Source: Octopus sinensis
Lineage: Eukaryota
Direction: 5' to 3'
Assembly (NCBI RefSeq): GCF_006345805.1
Contig: NW_021826180.1
Coordinates: 1 to 17,565 of the forward strand
Length of the DNA stretch: 17,565 nucleotides
In this document: piece by piece, positions 17,313 to 17,565 of the stretch
Numbering within the stretch: position 1 is the first letter of the stretch
How the letters are laid out: each line of letters opens with the position of its first letter
The notes under the pieces: model-generated
What the model saw: only the letters and a program-made list of their open reading frames with translations
Databases searched by the model: none
What the model was told of the DNA's origin: nothing
Position numbers and translations under genes: made by a program

Positions 17313-17423
17313 AAATTTAATGAAACTCCAAACTGTTGATTTTTCTGTGGTTTTGTGATTTTATGCTGGGATCTGTGTAGGGGTAGGGTGGCTTGTTGGC
17401 CGAAACTAAAACGCGCATCATGT
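17313..17423 (-). CDS. ARHGAP1: RhoGAP (ARHGAP1/8-like) coding exon, first in window: HDARFSFGQQATLPLHRSQHKITKPQKNQQFGVSLN(F)
   Basis: Acceptor cttttctccttccAG (17425-17424) and donor GTAAGT (17312 down). 111 nt, phase 2 to phase 2. NQQFGVSL is the motif that precedes the GAP domain in ARHGAP1/8. Not in the ORF track; translated by hand. The symbol denotes the ARHGAP1/8 family. Confidence 0.9.
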
Positions 17424-17565
17424 CTTGGAAGGAGAAAAGAAACATTAATCAAAACACACAATCAAAATTATTATCATTATATATACTTGGCCAGTCTGCA
17501 AGTACTCACTCATCTCTCTCTACTCTCTCTCTCTCTCATCACACACACATATCTATCAATCTGTC

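Overview
AT-rich, microsatellite-dense eukaryotic genomic DNA. The repeat families look like those of Octopus (inference from recalled SINE sequences, not a database hit). The only well-supported gene is the 3' part of an ARHGAP1/ARHGAP8-type RhoGAP (p50RhoGAP/Cdc42GAP) on the minus strand. Six coding exons (17313-17423, 16282-16352, 14959-15036, 12933-13061, 10023-10129, 7616-7783) have GT-AG boundaries and compatible phases and splice into about 220 aa, including the GIFRRS arginine finger. The rest is repeats: tRNA-derived SINEs, a (GAT)n-tailed retroposon family, CR1-like LINE 3' ends, a Helitron, a piggyBac-like element with a triplicated end, a MITE, 75-bp and 41-bp minisatellites and simple repeats. 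The most unusual observation is the last intron (7784-10022), which holds four adjacent fold-back modules. Two contain clear type I hammerhead-ribozyme topologies (9151-9197 on the sense strand, 9482-9588 on the antisense strand), and the other two carry degenerate or atypical versions. A non-canonical CCGANGA core recurs four times in the window, suggesting Penelope-like or retrozyme-derived elements. No folding software, alignment or search was run, and activity is untested.
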